64,000 bases of DNA, taken from contig OZ024742.1 in NCBI GenBank assembly GCA_964016885.1, forward strand, positions 106,392,001-106,456,000, written 5' to 3'. A program made the translations under genes and the position numbers. The notes under the pieces were generated by a model. It was not told the DNA's origin, ran no database searches, and worked only from the letters and a program-made list of their open reading frames with translations. Of this stretch, positions 1 to 14,636 are shown one piece after another. Source of the stretch: Eledone cirrhosa (taxonomy: Eukaryota). The number at the start of each line of letters is the position of its first letter. Position 1 is the stretch's first letter.

Positions 1-3000
1 GATGGCGCAGTGGGGTGTCTGTAAGTCAGTGTACGTAGGGTGGTGGGGCAGTAGGGTGTCTCTAAGTCAGTGTACGTAGGGTGATGGGGCAGTAGGGTGT
101 CTCTAAGTCAGTGTACGTAGGGTGATGGGGCATTAGGGTGTCTCTAAGTCAGTGTACGTAGGGTGATGGGGCAGTAGGGTGTCTCTAAGTCAGTGTACGT
201 AGGGTGATGGGGCAGTAGGGTGTCTCTAAGTCAGTGACGTAGGGTGGTGGGGCAGTAGGGTGTCTCTAAGTCAGTGTACGTAGGGTGATGGGGCAGTAGG
301 GTGTCTCTAAGTCAGTGACGTAGGGTGGTGGGGCAGTAGGGTGTCTCTAAGTCAGTGTACGTAGGGTGATGGGGCAGTAGGGTGTCTCTAAGTCAGTGTA
401 CGTATGGTGATGGGGCAGTGGGGTGTCTGTAAGTGAGTGTACGTAGGGTGATGGGGCAGTAGGGTGTCTGTAAGTCAGTGACGTAGGTTGATGGGGCAGT
501 AGGGTGTCTGTAAGTCAGTGACGTAGGGTGATGGGGCAGTAGGGTGTCTCTAAGTCAGTGTACGTAGGGTGATGGGGCAGTAGGGTGTCTCTAAGTCAGT
601 GTACGTAGGGTGATGGGGCAGTAGGGTGTCTCTAAGTCAGTGTACGTATGGTGATGGGGCAGTGCGGTGTCTGTAAGTGAGTGTACGTAGGGTGATGGTG
701 CAGTGGGGGGGTCTGTAAGTGAGTGTACGTAGGGGGATGGGGAAGTGGGGTGTCTGTAAGTGAGTGTACGTAGGGGGATGGGGAAGTGCGGTGTCTGTAA
801 GTGAGTGTACGTAGGGTGATGGGGCAGTGCGGTGTATGTAAGTTAGTGTACGTAGGGGGGTGGGGCAGTGGGGGGTCTGTAAGTGAGTGTACGTAGGGGG
901 ATGGGGAAGTGCGGTGTCTGTAAGTGAGTGTACGTAGGGTGATGGGGCAGTGCGGTGTATGTAAGTTAGTGTACGTAGGGGGATGGGGAAGTGCGGTGTA
1001 TGTAAGTTAGTGTACGTAGGGGGGTGGGGCAGTGGGGGGTCTGTAAGTGAGTGTAGGTAGGGTGATGGGGCAGTGGGGGGTCTGTAAGTGAGTGTACGTA
1101 GGGGGATGGGGAAGTGCGGTGTCTGTAAGTTAGTGTACTTAGGGGGATGGGGCAGTGGGGGGTCTGTAAGTTAGTGTACGTAGGGGGATGGGGAAGTGCG
1201 GTGTCTGTAAGTGAGTGTACGTAGGGGGATGGGGAAGTGCGGTGTCTGTAAGTGAGTGTACGTAGGGGGATGGGGCAGTGCGGTGTCTGTGAGTGAGTGT
1301 ACGTAGGGGGATGGCGAAGTGCGGTGTCTGTAAGTGAGTGTACGTAGGAGGATGGGGCAGTGGGGTGTCTGTAAGTGAGTGTACGTAGGGGGATGGGGCA
1401 GGGAGGTGTCTGTGAGTGAGTGTACGTAGGGGGATGGCGAAGTGCGGTGTCTGTAAGTGAGTGTACGTAGGGGGATGGGGCAGGGAGGTGTCTGTAAGTG
1501 AGTGTACGTAGGGGGATGGGGCAGTGAGGTGTCTGTAAGTAAGTGGAGGTAGGGGGATGGGGCACTGAGGTGTCTGTAAGTGAGTGTAGGTAGGGAGATG
1601 GGGCAGTGGGGGGATCTGTAAGTGAGTGTACGTAGGGGGATGGGGAAGTGCGGTGTCTGTAGGTTAGTGTACGTAGGGTGATGGGGCAGTGGGGTGTCTG
1701 TAAGTGAGTGTACCTAGGGTGATGGGGCAGTGCGGTGTATGTAAGTTAGTGTACGTAGGGGGATGGGGCAGTGCGGTGTCTGTAAGTTAGTGTACGTAGG
1801 GGGATGGGGAAGTGCGGTGTCTGTAAGTGAGTGTACGTAGGGGGATGGGGAAGTGCGGTGTCTGTAAGTTAGTGTACGTAGGGGGATGGGGCAGTGCGGT
1901 GTCTGTAAGTGAGTGTACGTAGGGTGATGGTGCAGTGGGGGGGGTCTGTAAGTGAGTGTACGTAGGTTGATGGGGCAGTGGGGTGTCTGTAAGTAAGTGT
2001 ACGTAGGGGGATGGGGCAGTGGGGTGTCTGTAAGTGAGTGTACGTAGAGTGATGGGGCACTGGGTTGTCTGTAACTGAGTGTACGTAGGTTGATGGGGCA
2101 GTGCGGTGTCTGTAAGTGAGTGTACGTAGGGTGATGGGGCAGTGGGGTGTCTGTAAGTGAGTGTACGTAGAGGGATGGGGCAGTGAGGTGTCTGTAAGTC
2201 AGTGTACGTAGGATGATGGGGCAGTGGGGTGTCTGTAAGTCAGTGTACGTAGGGGGATGGGGCAGTGGGGTGTCTGTAAGTGAGTGTACGTAGGGGGATG
2301 GGGAAGTGCGGTGTCTGTAAGTTAGTGTACGTAGGGGGATGGGGAAGTGCGGTGTCTGTAAGTGAGTGTACGTAGGGGGATGGGGAAGTGCGGTGTCTGT
2401 AAGTGAGTGCACGTAGGGGGATGGGGAAGTGCGGTGTCTGTAAGTGAGTGTACGTAGGGGGATGGGGCAGTGCGGTGTCTGTAAGTGAGTGTACGTAGGG
2501 GGATGGGGAAGTGCGGTGTCTGTAAGTGAGTGTACGTAGGGGGATGGGGCAGTGGGGTGTCTGTATGTTAGTGTACGTAGGGGGATGGGGAAGTGCGGTG
2601 TCTGTAAGTGAGTGTACGTAGGGGGATGGGGAAGTGCGGTGTCTGTAAGTGAGTGTACGTAGGGTGATGGTGCAGTGGGGGGGGGGTCTGTAAGTGAGTG
2701 TACGTAGGTTGATGGGGCAGTGGGGTGTCTGTAAGTGAGTGTACGTAGGGGGATGGGGCAGTGAGGTGTCTGTAAGTGAGTGTACGTTGGGGGATGGGGC
2801 AGTGAGGTGTCTGTAAGTAAGTGCAGGTAGGGGGATGGGGCAGTGGCGGGTCTGTAAGTGAGTGTACGTAGGGGGATGGGGCAGTGAGGTGTCTGTAAGT
2901 GAGTGTAGGTAGGGGGATGGGGAAGTGCGGTGTCTGTAAGTCAGTGTACGTAGGGTGATGGGGCAGGAGGTGTCTGTAAGTGAGTGTACGTAGGGGGATG

Positions 3001-6000
3001 GGGCAGTGGGGTGTCTGTAAGTCAGTGTACGTAGGGGGATGGGGCAGTGGGGTGTCTCTAAGTCAGTGTAAGTAGGGGGATGGGGCAGTGGGGTGTCTGT
3101 AACTGAGTGTACGTAGGGTGATGGCGCAGTGGGGTGTCTCTAAGTCAGTGTACGTAGGGGGATGGGGCAGTGGGGTGTCTGTAAGTCAGTGTACGTAGGG
3201 GGATGGGGCAGTGGGGTGTCTGTAAGTCAGTGTACGTGGGGTGATGGGGCAGTGGGGTGTCTGTAAGTCAGTGTACGTAGGGGGATGGGGCAGTGGGGTG
3301 TCTGTAAGTCAGTGTACGTAGGGTGATGGGGCAGTGGAGTGTCTGTAAGTCAGTGTACGTAGGGTGATGGGGCAGTGGGGTTTCTGTAAGTCAGTGTAAG
3401 TAGGGGGATGGGGCAGTGGGGTGTCTGTAAGTCAGTGTAAGTAGGGTGATGGGGCAGTGGGGTGTCTGTAAGTCAGTGTACGTAGGGTGATGGGGCAGTG
3501 GGGTGTGTGTAAGTCAGTGTACGTAGGGGGATGGGGCAGTGGGGTGTCTGTAAGTCAGTGTACGTAGGGTGATGGGGCAGTGGGGTGTCTGTAAGTCAGT
3601 GTACGTAGGGTGATGGGGCAGTGGTGTGTCTGTAAGTCAGTGTTCGTAGGGGGATGGGGCAGTGGGGTGTCTGTAAGTCAGTGTAAGTAGGGGGATGGGG
3701 CAGTGGGGTGTCTCTAAGTCAGTGTACGTAGGGGGATGGGGCAGTGGGGTGTCTGTAAGTCAGTGTACGTAGGGGGATGGGGCAGTGGGGTGTCTGTAAG
3801 TCAGTGTACGTAGGGGGATGGCGCAGTGGGGTGTCTGTAAGTCAGTGTACGTAGGGGGATGGGGCAGTGGGGTGTCTGTAAGTCAGTGTACGTAGGGGGA
3901 TGGGGCAGTGGTGTGTCTGTAAGTCAGTGTACGTAGGGGGATGGGGCAGTGGGGTGTCTGTAAGTCAGTGTACGTAGGGTGATGGCGCAGTGGGGTGTCT
4001 GTAAGTGAGTGTACTTAGGGGGATGGGGCAGTGGGGTGTCTGTAAGTCAGTGTACGTAGGGGGATGGGGCAGTGGGGTGTCTGTAAGTCAGTGTACGTAG
4101 GGGGATGGGGCAGTGGGGTTTCTGTAAGTCAGTGTACGTAGGGGGATGGGGCAGTGGGGTGTCTGTAAGTGAGTGTACGTAGGGGGATGGGGCAGTGGCG
4201 TGTCTGTAAGTCAGTGTACGTAGGGGGATGGGGCAGTGGGGTGTCTGTAAGTCAGTGTACGTAGGGGGATGGGGCAGTGGGGTGTCTGTAAGTCAGTGTA
4301 CGTAGGGGGATGGGGCAGTGAGGTGTCTGTAAGTCAGTGTACGTAGGGTGATGGGGCAGTGCGGTGTCTGTAAGTGAGTGTACGTAGGGGGATGGGGCAG
4401 TGGGGTGTCTGTAAGTCAGTGTACGTAGGGGGATGGGGCAGTGGGGTTTCTGTAAGTCAGTGTACGTAGGGGGATGGGGCAGTGGGGTGTCTGTAAGTGA
4501 ATGTACGTAGGGGGATGGGGCAGTGGGGTGTCTGTAAGTCAGTGTACGTAGGGGGATGGGGCAGTGGGGTGTCTGTAAGTCAGTGTACGTAGGGTGATGG
4601 GGCAGTGGGGTGTCTGTAAGTCAGTGTACGTAGGGGGATGGGGCAGTGGGGTGTCTGTAAGTCAGTGTACGTAGGGGGATGGGGCAGTGGGGTGTCTGTA
4701 AGTCAGTGTACGTAGGGGGATGGGGCAGTGGTGTGTCTGTAAGTCAGTGTAAGTAGGGTGATGGGGCAGTGGGGTGTCTGTAAGTCAGTGTACGTAGGGG
4801 GATGGGGCAGTGGGGTGTCTGTAAGTCAGTGTACGTAGGGGGATGGGGCAGTGGGGTGTCTGTAAGTCAGTGTACGTAGGGGGATGGGGCAGTGGTGTGT
4901 CTGTAAGTCAGTGTAAGTAGGGTGATGGGGCAGTGGGGTGTCTGTAAGTCAGTGTACGTAGGGGGATGGGGCAGTGGGGTGTCTGTAAGTCAGTGTACGT
5001 AGGGGGATGGGGCAGTGGGGTGTCTGTAAGTCAGTGTACGTAGGGGGATGGGGCAGTGGTGTGTCTGTAAGTCAGTGTACGTAGGGTGATGGGGCAGTGG
5101 GGTGTCTGTAAGTCAGTGTTCGTAGGGTGATGGGGCAGTGGGGTGTCTGTAAGTCAGTGTACGTAGGGGGATGGGGCACTGGGGTGTCTGTAAGTCAGTG
5201 TACTTAGGGGGATGGGGCAGTGGGGTGTCTGTAAGTCAGTGTACGTAGGGGGATGGGGCAGTGGGGTGTCTGTAAGTCAGTGTACGTAGGGGGATGGGGC
5301 AGTGCGGTGTCTGTAAGTCAGTGTACGTAGGTTGATGGGGCAGTGGTGTGTCTGTAAGTCAGTGTACGTAGGGGGATGGGGCAGTGGGGTGTCTGTAAGT
5401 CAGTGTACGTAGGGTGATGGGGCAGTGGGGTGTCTGTAAGTCAGTGTACGTAGGTTGATGGGGCAGTGGTGTGTCTGTAAGTCAGTGTACGTAGGGGGAT
5501 GGGGCAGTGGGGTGTCTGTAAGTCAGTGTACGTAGGGGGATGGGGCAGTGCGGTGTCTGTAAGTCAGTGTACGTAGGGTGATGGGGCAGTGGGGTGTCTG
5601 TAAGTCAGTGTACGTAGGGGGATGGGGCAGTGGGGTGTCTGTAAGTCAGTGTACGTAGGGGGATGGGGCAGTGGGGTGTCTGTAAGTCAGTGTACGTAGG
5701 GTGATGGGGCAGTGGGGTGTCTGTAAGTCAGTGTTCGTAGGGTGATGGGGCAGTGGGGTGTCTGTAAGTCAGTGTACGTAGGGGGATGGGGCAGTGGGGT
5801 GTCTTTAAGTCAGTGTACGTAGGGGGATGGGGCAGTGGGGTGTCTGTAAGTCAGTGTACGTAGGGGGATGGGGCAGTGGGGTGTCTGTAAGTCAGTGTAC
5901 GTAGGGTGATGGGGCAGTGGGGTGTCTGTAAGTCAGTGTTCGTAGGGTGATGGGGCAGTGGGGTGTCTGTAAGTCAGTGTACGTAGGGGGATGGGGCAGT

Positions 6001-6632
6001 GGGGTGTCTGTAAGTCAGTGTACGTAGGGGGATGGGGCAGTGGTGTGTCTGTAAGTCAGTGTACGTAGGGGATGGGGCAGTGGTGTGTCTGTAAGTCAGT
6101 GTACGTAGGGGGATGGGGCAGTGGGGTGTCTGTAAGTCAGTGTTCGTAGGGTGATGGGGCAGTGGGGTGTCTGTAAGTCAGTGTACGTAGGGGGATGGGG
6201 CAATGGGGTGTCTGTAAGTCAGTGTACGTAGGTTGATGGGGCAGTGGTGTGTCTGTAAGTCAGTGTACGTAGGGGATGGGGCAGTGGTGTGTCTGTAAGT
6301 CAGTGTACGTAGGGGGATGGGGCAGTGGGGTGTCTGTAAGTCAGTGTACGTAGGGTGATGGGGCAGTGGGGTGTCTTTAAGTCATTGTACGTAGGGGGAT
6401 GGGGCAGTGGGGTGTCTGTAAGTGAGTGTACGTAGGGGGATGGGGCAGTGGGGTGTCTGTAAGTCAGTGTACGTAGGGGGATGGGGCAGTGCGGTGTCTG
6501 TAAGTCAGTGTACGTAGGGTGATGGGGCAGTGGGGTGTCTGTAAGTCAGTGTACGTAGGGTGATGGGGCAGTGGGGTTTCTGTAAGTGAGTGTACGTAGG
6601 GTGATGGGGCAGTGGGGTGTCTGTAAGTGAGT
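1..6632. repeat. 41-bp G-rich tandem satellite (consensus GTAAGTCAGTGTACGTAGGGGGATGGGGCAGTGGGGTGTCT), ~160 copies, runs off the window start
   Basis: Period 41 read directly (e.g. units at 3181 and 3222). Variant blocks: CTCTAAG/CAGTAGGG ~50-650, GTAAGTGAG/GAAGTGCGG ~660-2940, GTAAGTCAG/CAGTGGGG ~2940-6630. Confidence 0.97.
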
Positions 6633-6709
6633 GTAGGTGTACGTGGGTTTGTCTGTGGTTTTATTGGAGTATTTTTTATTTTCAGGGAAACAGACAATTT
6701 ATTTTACAT

Positions 6710-7160
<451 letters not shown>

Positions 7161-7354
7161 GAGATGTAGAGGTAACGAAAAACAATGAATAACGATGGGC
7201 AAATGTGCTCGACCTTTTAGCTAATGCTACTGCAATAATAATATCTAGCTACATACACATGAAAATACTGCACCTATCCTAAACGTCCAGAGCTGCGTGG
7301 AAAATATACTGAACGTAGGCAATAAAATATTCCGATATAGCATAATTATTTTTA

Positions 7355-7775
7355 GCATTGGCACAAGGGCAGCAATTTAGGGGAAGATGGTTTACATTCA
7401 TCCTAGTATTTATCAGGTGCTTTATTTTATCGACCTCCAGAAGGATGGAAGGCATAGTTGACCCCGATGGGATTTTAACTCAGAATGTAGAAAGTTGTAA
7501 CTAAATGCGAAAACACATTTTTCCGATGCCAACCCCTCACCCTCTACCGCTATAAAATAATTGTTTCTACTTTATGCACAAGGGCAGCAATTTGAAGGGA
7601 AGAGGAAAGTTGATTAAATTGACCCCAGAGCTTACTGGTACTTTATTTTATCGACCCCGTAAGGATGAAATGCAAAGCTAACCTCAGCGGGATTTGAACT
7701 CAGAATATAAAGGACCGTCACTCTATGCTACGAAGCATGGTCTCCGACGTTCTACCGACATTGTCCTCTACCGCT
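7355..7775 (-). mobile_element. Two tandem tRNA-derived SINE copies (Meta/Sauria-domain-like family)
   Basis: GGCACAAGG..CAGCAATTT ... TTTATCGACCCC..AAGGATGAAA..CAAAG..ACCTC.GCGGGATTTGAACTCAG occurs twice. The minus strand gives a B-box-like GAGTTCAAATCC. The domain name is from recalled similarity. Confidence 0.75.
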
Positions 7776-8849
7776 ATAAAATTGTAATAATTTCATTATT
7801 TTGTCATAAGGGAAACGGATAAGGAGACATTACAAAGATAAATTTCAAAATCTTTAAACGAATAGGCAGATTTGAAAATTAGGTTGGTGGACAACTATTT
7901 TGAGCCAATAGGGGACCTCACCGATTTCTGATTACTCTCATTACCGTAAGTGCCTCATACCAGTTGTGTTATTCAGCCAACAAACGCATGCTTAGATTTG
8001 ACCCAATCACTCGAACCATATACATTTTTTGTACTTAATTTTCCGCAGATTTATTAGAAAGCAGCATCGTCCTCTATTCTTTCTCTCAGGGCGGTCTTTT
8101 CAATCGTTTCCAATATACAACCACTTTCACTAAAGTCACTAGACAGATGATACCTACCCAACCTTTCCCGTCCAACCGAGCCAGTGGTGAGATCTCCCCG
8201 ATGGACTTAGCTAATAGCCAGATCCATCACGTTCTTAAGAACAGTTTTTCTGTATAACTCCACAAAATGACATTAATGATAATCAAATCAACATAGTTAG
8301 GGTATTGTGATGGCTAAAATCAGAAACAATAGATGGTTTAGATATCATTTTAAAACACGAAGAGATTTTCTTAGACATACCACCAGGACTTACACATGTA
8401 CACAACATACAGAATATAATACTACTAGACATTTCAGACGCACATTGTGAGGAGTTGTTTCGACGCGATGAGCAAAGAAAAACATAAACCCGAAAACAAA
8501 CCCCTTTTGATACCCAACGCGCGCACGGAGACATTTGGTTGTTCAGTGAAAGTACATCATATAGAAAAGACTACGGAACAAAGATAAATATATGATAAAT
8601 AAAACATAAGAAAAACGAAATAGAAGTATTAAATCTAAATAGAACACATTGGGCCCTAAAGCATTGTCGAATGTTATCATTATAGATTCACTCCTGAGAG
8701 TCAAACTTTTCAATATTGCTGACCTTGCCCGCCAACCAGATGATTCGATTTCGAATTATTAGTGTTGTTCCAACTTAAATAACATTCTCTAGCGTGATTG
8801 TATTAGTTTTGTGAAGTGAGTCTGTTTGGTGCGTAACGAGCTGGCTTGA

Positions 8850-8891
<42 letters not shown>

Positions 8892-8953
8892 TCATATATA
8901 TGAACAAACACACATACACACACATATATATATATATATATATGTGTGTGTAG

Positions 8954-9092
<139 letters not shown>

Positions 9093-10859
9093 AACAAAAC
9101 GAAACAGAGAGGATGTATAATTATATATCTGTATATATACATATATGTATACATATTTGTGTGTGCATATATATATATATGTGTGTGTGTGTATATATAT
9201 ATGTCTGTGTATGTGTGTGTGTATATATATATGGGTATATGTATGTATATGTATGTAGTATTAATATCTTTTTTTTTTACATATATCTATATAAGTATAT
9301 GTGAGTCTGAGTACATATAAAAATCACCCTCTGTGTGTTTGAATAAATGTGTGCGCATGGACTTATGAATCTATATGTGTATGTGTGTGTGTGTGTGCGT
9401 GTGAGAGCACGCACGCAAACACATATGCGTATGTGTGTGCGCGCACAAGCCTTAGAATATATGTGTGGAGGTGTGGTTATATATATGTATGTGTGTGTGT
9501 GTGCCGATATGTGACTGTCCGTGCATATACACAAACTAAGACAGTATGTGTATGTATGCACGCAAACTGGTGAATGTGTGTGTGTATGTGAGCAAGCATA
9601 TATGTGAATGTGTGCGCGTGTGAGCACTAGTATATGAATGTATATGTACGTGCATGCAGGCCTATGAATGCATGTGTATATGTGCACGGATACTTGTGAA
9701 TGTATGTATGCGAGTGTATCTATGTGCGCAGACATGTAGATGTATGTGTGCGTGCGTACGTGTATGTCTGTGTCTGTGTCTCTGTGTGTCGGTATGTGTG
9801 TGTCTGTATGTGTGTGTCTGTGTCTGTGCCTGTATAGTTTTTGTATGTATGTGCATCTGCGTGCGTGCGCCTAGATGAGAGTGTATGTATGCGTGCGTTG
9901 CAAAATGTAAAATTCACAATGAAATTCTTTTCTGACTCAACTCTCTAGAGAAATGGTAACCAGAAACTTCCTCCAGGATTCGCTCTAACAACAGAAATGT
10001 ATTGATGGAAGTGGAAGGCATGACGCTTTAATTGAATTAAATCATGTTTAACATGTGTTGCAAGCAACAAGCACAACAGTCAGTATGGTGGTCGAACCCG
10101 CGAGGAGACTTCTACCTGGTCATTCGACATGCTAATGATAGCTGCCATATCTACCTCAAATCACGTTTTACTGTCTTGAAAACGGGATATATAAAACAAA
10201 AGCATGTAATATGGCGGTTGCAGTCTGATGTCGCCTGTCACCCACCTACTAGTAATTAGGAGATTTATGTGTTGATATACTGAATGTGTTTGGTGGGTTA
10301 TAGTTCTGAATGGCGTGATAAGTTTTGCTACATGTCTAGTGTAGTATGTAATTGGTAGTTCATGTTGGGTTTTGTGTTAGGGACAATGTTTGCTTGTGTT
10401 CGTATTTTTTATTATTATTATTCTGTTTTTTACGTTGTGGAGTAGGAACTAAACTTCTTTTGCTTTTAATCTTGTATCTGTTTCACTTATTTCTTGAATA
10501 GCTTGTTAAATTTTTAGTGGATGGTTTGAGGGTTAAGGTCAAGGGTATACGAGAAAGGGTGGAGCAAGTCTTATTATGTAATGGGGTAGTAGTCGCTGCA
10601 GATATCTTTGGCTTTATTATATAGAAACTATGTGATATGACAGCTGCAGTTTGATAACGTCTGTCTTCCCCATTGGGTAGCTATTAAGATCTGGTTGCGT
10701 AAACTGTGTCAGGGAGAATGGGTGGTTCATGTTTGATTTGACGAATTTCGAGGGTGAAACGATTTGTTTGGCAGAATTCATGAGTACAGGTTGTCGTTCA
10801 GTTTAGGGCTATTTGTTGAAAGTGAGGAGACTAATTGAAGCAATAACGCTCTTATTTAC

Positions 10860-10902
<43 letters not shown>

Positions 10903-10903
<1 letters not shown>

Positions 10904-11291
10904 GTGTGTATAATGGTAGCTATGGTGCTTCCATAGGCGGTATGCCAAAATTAGCACTCAATATTCTTACAGAGCAGAGTGTGAATAGTATAAAAAAACG
11001 AAAAATGAGTGATGAATCTGGACTCAGACTCAGTTTATTACGTGTTACAATTGTTTCGCCGGCAGGTAGCTCGAGACATGATCACTGTATGGATCTGGGT
11101 GATTCTACGGCTGCAGGTTCCTTCGGACACATGCAATTCTTTCGGAGCAAATTTTCTCACGGAACCTGCAGCCGTAGAATCAGCCAGATCCATACAGTGA
11201 TCATGTCTCGAGCTACCTGCCGGCGAAACAATTGTAACACGCAATAAACTGAGTCCAGATGCATCACAGATTTTTCGTTTTTTTATACTAT
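10903..11291 (-). mobile_element. Foldback element family A in (TA)n: ~80-nt tail plus ~135-bp inverted arms, with a degenerate hammerhead motif
   Basis: Arms 10985-11121 and 11161-11291 are near-perfect reverse complements around a 39-nt loop. (TA)n flanks both sides. Contains GAAACAATTGTAACACG..AATAAA. Confidence 0.8.
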
Positions 11292-11400
11292 ATATATATA
11301 TATATATACGTAAATAAGACCGTTATTGCTACAATTTGTCTACTATATATACAGGGAGTGTAACTTGGAGTTACTGTAGATTCACTATTATATATATATG

Positions 11401-11456
<56 letters not shown>

Positions 11457-11514
11457 GTTAGCGAGCTTATACTATTAAGACTATGCTAGGGTATGTCAAT
11501 ATCTTAAAACCAAA

Positions 11515-11589
11515 TACCATATTTTATCTGATAAAAGCACACAAAAACTTTGTGTCCTTGAAATACGTATAATAAAATAAATATGGTAT
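11515..11589 (+). ncRNA. Putative minimal type I hammerhead ribozyme (variant core) in a TA-flanked insert (11455-11625)
   Basis: Stem I ATTTTAT (11521-27), core CTGATAA, stem II AAGCACACA/TGTGTCCTT, GAA, palindromic stem III ATACGTAT, A, stem I ATAAAAT. Outer pairing TACCATATTT/AAATATGGTA. Confidence 0.6.
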
Positions 11590-11617
11590 TATAAATGATA
11601 TTTTCCATTTATTAATA

Positions 11618-11723
<106 letters not shown>

Positions 11724-11820
11724 AGGGTGAAGTCAACGGAAAAATAGACGGAACACAGGATATTCCCCTCTCATCAGTCGACCGTTGGAGATACCTTAAG
11801 ATGTTTACAACTGGATGCAT

Positions 11821-11858
<38 letters not shown>

Positions 11859-11906
11859 GTATATCTATATATCTATCTATCTATCTATCTATCTATATAT
11901 ATATAT

Positions 11907-12017
<111 letters not shown>

Positions 12018-12024
12018 CATACAT

Positions 12025-12077
<53 letters not shown>

Positions 12078-12802
12078 ATATGCAAGAATGTATCATACAG
12101 AGATATTATTGTTCTTTTTTTATATTGTAAATATACGCGCGCGCGTACCACATACGTTGTGTTAGATATGGTGTGATTGTATGAAAAACAAAACACTGTC
12201 GGGTTATCTTGAGAGGACTCTGTTTTATAAAGTTTATATAAGGTTTGTTCTCTTTGTGGATATTGAAAGGTGGCAAAAAAACGACTAAGTAGGAAGGGTG
12301 AGTCGACCAACAAAAACAAAATGGCGGATCCTTTTAATGCAGCGAGAGCTTAAATGATGGGAAATAAGGAGAGAGAGAGAGATGAGGAGGAGGAGAGTGA
12401 GGTAGTGTGTGAGATAGTGAGTTAAACAGTGAGAGAGAGAGAGAGAGAGAGAGGGTGTGAGAGAGAGAGAGTAGTGTTAATGAAATTTAACAAATTCCAG
12501 CTGTGCAAGTTAGTCTTCCCTGAAAGAATCTGTTTTGCTTCCACCAAAAATCTCACCTACTCTCTCCTATGTACCATGCGACAACCTGATTAAGGTCTTC
12601 CTTCCAACCTCCCTGCTTCTATACCATGATCCCGTCTTCTTTTTTTGTTCCTTATTTTGCCTTTTCTATTTATTTTCTTCATCACCATCACCATCACCAT
12701 CACCATCAACATCGTCGTCGTCTTCGGAGTCGGCGTCGTCATCGACATGAAGTAAAATCTTAGAAAAACAACAAAGAAGCAATATAAACGCAGACACACA
12801 TA

Positions 12803-12862
<60 letters not shown>

Positions 12863-12899
12863 CATGTATCTACACACAGACACACACACACACACTCAC

Positions 12900-12954
<55 letters not shown>

Positions 12955-13005
12955 TATACATATACATACATGTATCTACACACAGACACACACACACACA
13001 CACAC

Positions 13006-13036
<31 letters not shown>

Positions 13037-13106
13037 CGCACACATATATATGCATATATATATATATACATATGCATACTTATATAGGTATGCTTCTATA
13101 AACATG

Positions 13107-13173
<67 letters not shown>

Positions 13174-13219
13174 GCCACACAATCACAGCCCCAGCCACCA
13201 ATTAGGAAACACCCTATAA

Positions 13220-13277
<58 letters not shown>

Positions 13278-13297
13278 CATACATAGATATGTATGTA

Positions 13298-13372
<75 letters not shown>

Positions 13373-13651
13373 GCACGTGCACTCACAAACACACATTCAC
13401 ATCAGAAGAATATATTCTCTCCTAGCTAATAATATATTTTTAAAAAGTAAATATATATTAGTGCGTACGTATTTAAAAGCTACAATGACTCTACCAAAAT
13501 ACAAAACTTTTAGTCCCAACACTCAGTCCCGGACCAGAATTATTCTCTCTGTCTGTATTTTGTTGTTTCTTTTTAATTCTTTTCTTTCTGTATTTTACCG
13601 TATTTTAGGTGAGTTGATGGTGGTGTCATTGTTGGTGTTGTTGTTCTAGGT

Positions 13652-13974
13652 CAACGGTTCCCAACCTTTTATAATAAATTCCACCTTAATGATATAGCAA
13701 AACAGTATGGCCCCCCAAAAAAAAATTTTTGATATAATTTTTTTATGTAGAAAAATTTTGGCATGTCTTTTTATTTGTGAAGTAAAATCATGATAGAAAA
13801 GGTAGAAAGTTGATAAAAAGTTGAATATAAAAATTTGAAGCAAGAAAAAGAAAAAATTATGTTAGGAAACTACTCTTCTTTTTTATGTATAAAATTTTGT
13901 AATTTTTAGTTAATTCCCCCAATAACTTACTATGGCCCACTGGTGGGCCATGGCCCCCTGGTTGGGAACCAATG
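13652..13974. mobile_element. hAT (Charlie-like) MITE
   Basis: Imperfect TIRs CAACGGTTCCCAACC / GGTTGGGAACCAATG. Identical 8-bp TSD TTCTAGGT at 13644-13651 and 13975-13982. Confidence 0.85.
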
Positions 13975-14561
13975 TTCTAGGTAGTGGTGATAGTTGTGTC
14001 ACACTGAATTTCTCCGAGAATGCCATTACGAGTACACGTGTCTATAGAATATTCAGCCATTTATTTGCACGTTAATTTTATGAGCAGGCTATTCTGTTGA
14101 TCGAGTTCGAAAAACTGGAGCGCTCATCGTTGAAACCGACGAAAGTCCATTCTACTTTATTCCGTATTGGGCGTACAAGGTAGTGGCGGTGGTGTTGGTT
14201 TTGTTTCTAGTTAGTACAAGAGAAATATCTTTGGTGATAGGAAGATATCTGGTCTAATGGTTTGTGGGTGTGTCAATGACGGCTGACTGGCTGGTATTGG
14301 TGGTGGTGGCGGGGGAGACGGGGGGGGGGGTAGTAGAGGTATTGGTGGTGGTGGTGGTTGTGGTGGTGGCGGGCGGGCGGGGTAGTAGAGGTATTGGTGA
14401 TATTGGTGGTGTATTGTATGAAGTAAAAACATGTGTGGCGATGGTGTCGTGTGTGAAATTGTCTGCAGTGTGTCGTGATATATGTGAGGTAAGAGAATGG
14501 TGATAGGGTAGGAGGTAGGGGTTGATTATAAAAATAATTATGATGTGTATATATATGTATA

Positions 14562-14636
<75 letters not shown>

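Noticed and set aside
966-2412. 199-aa and 232-aa His/Pro/Thr-rich ORFs
   Set aside because: These are translations of the 41-bp satellite. The period is not a multiple of 3 and there is no gene context.
12315-12335. AAAATGGCGG YY1-like motif as a promoter
   Set aside because: A single short motif with no supporting exon or other promoter evidence.
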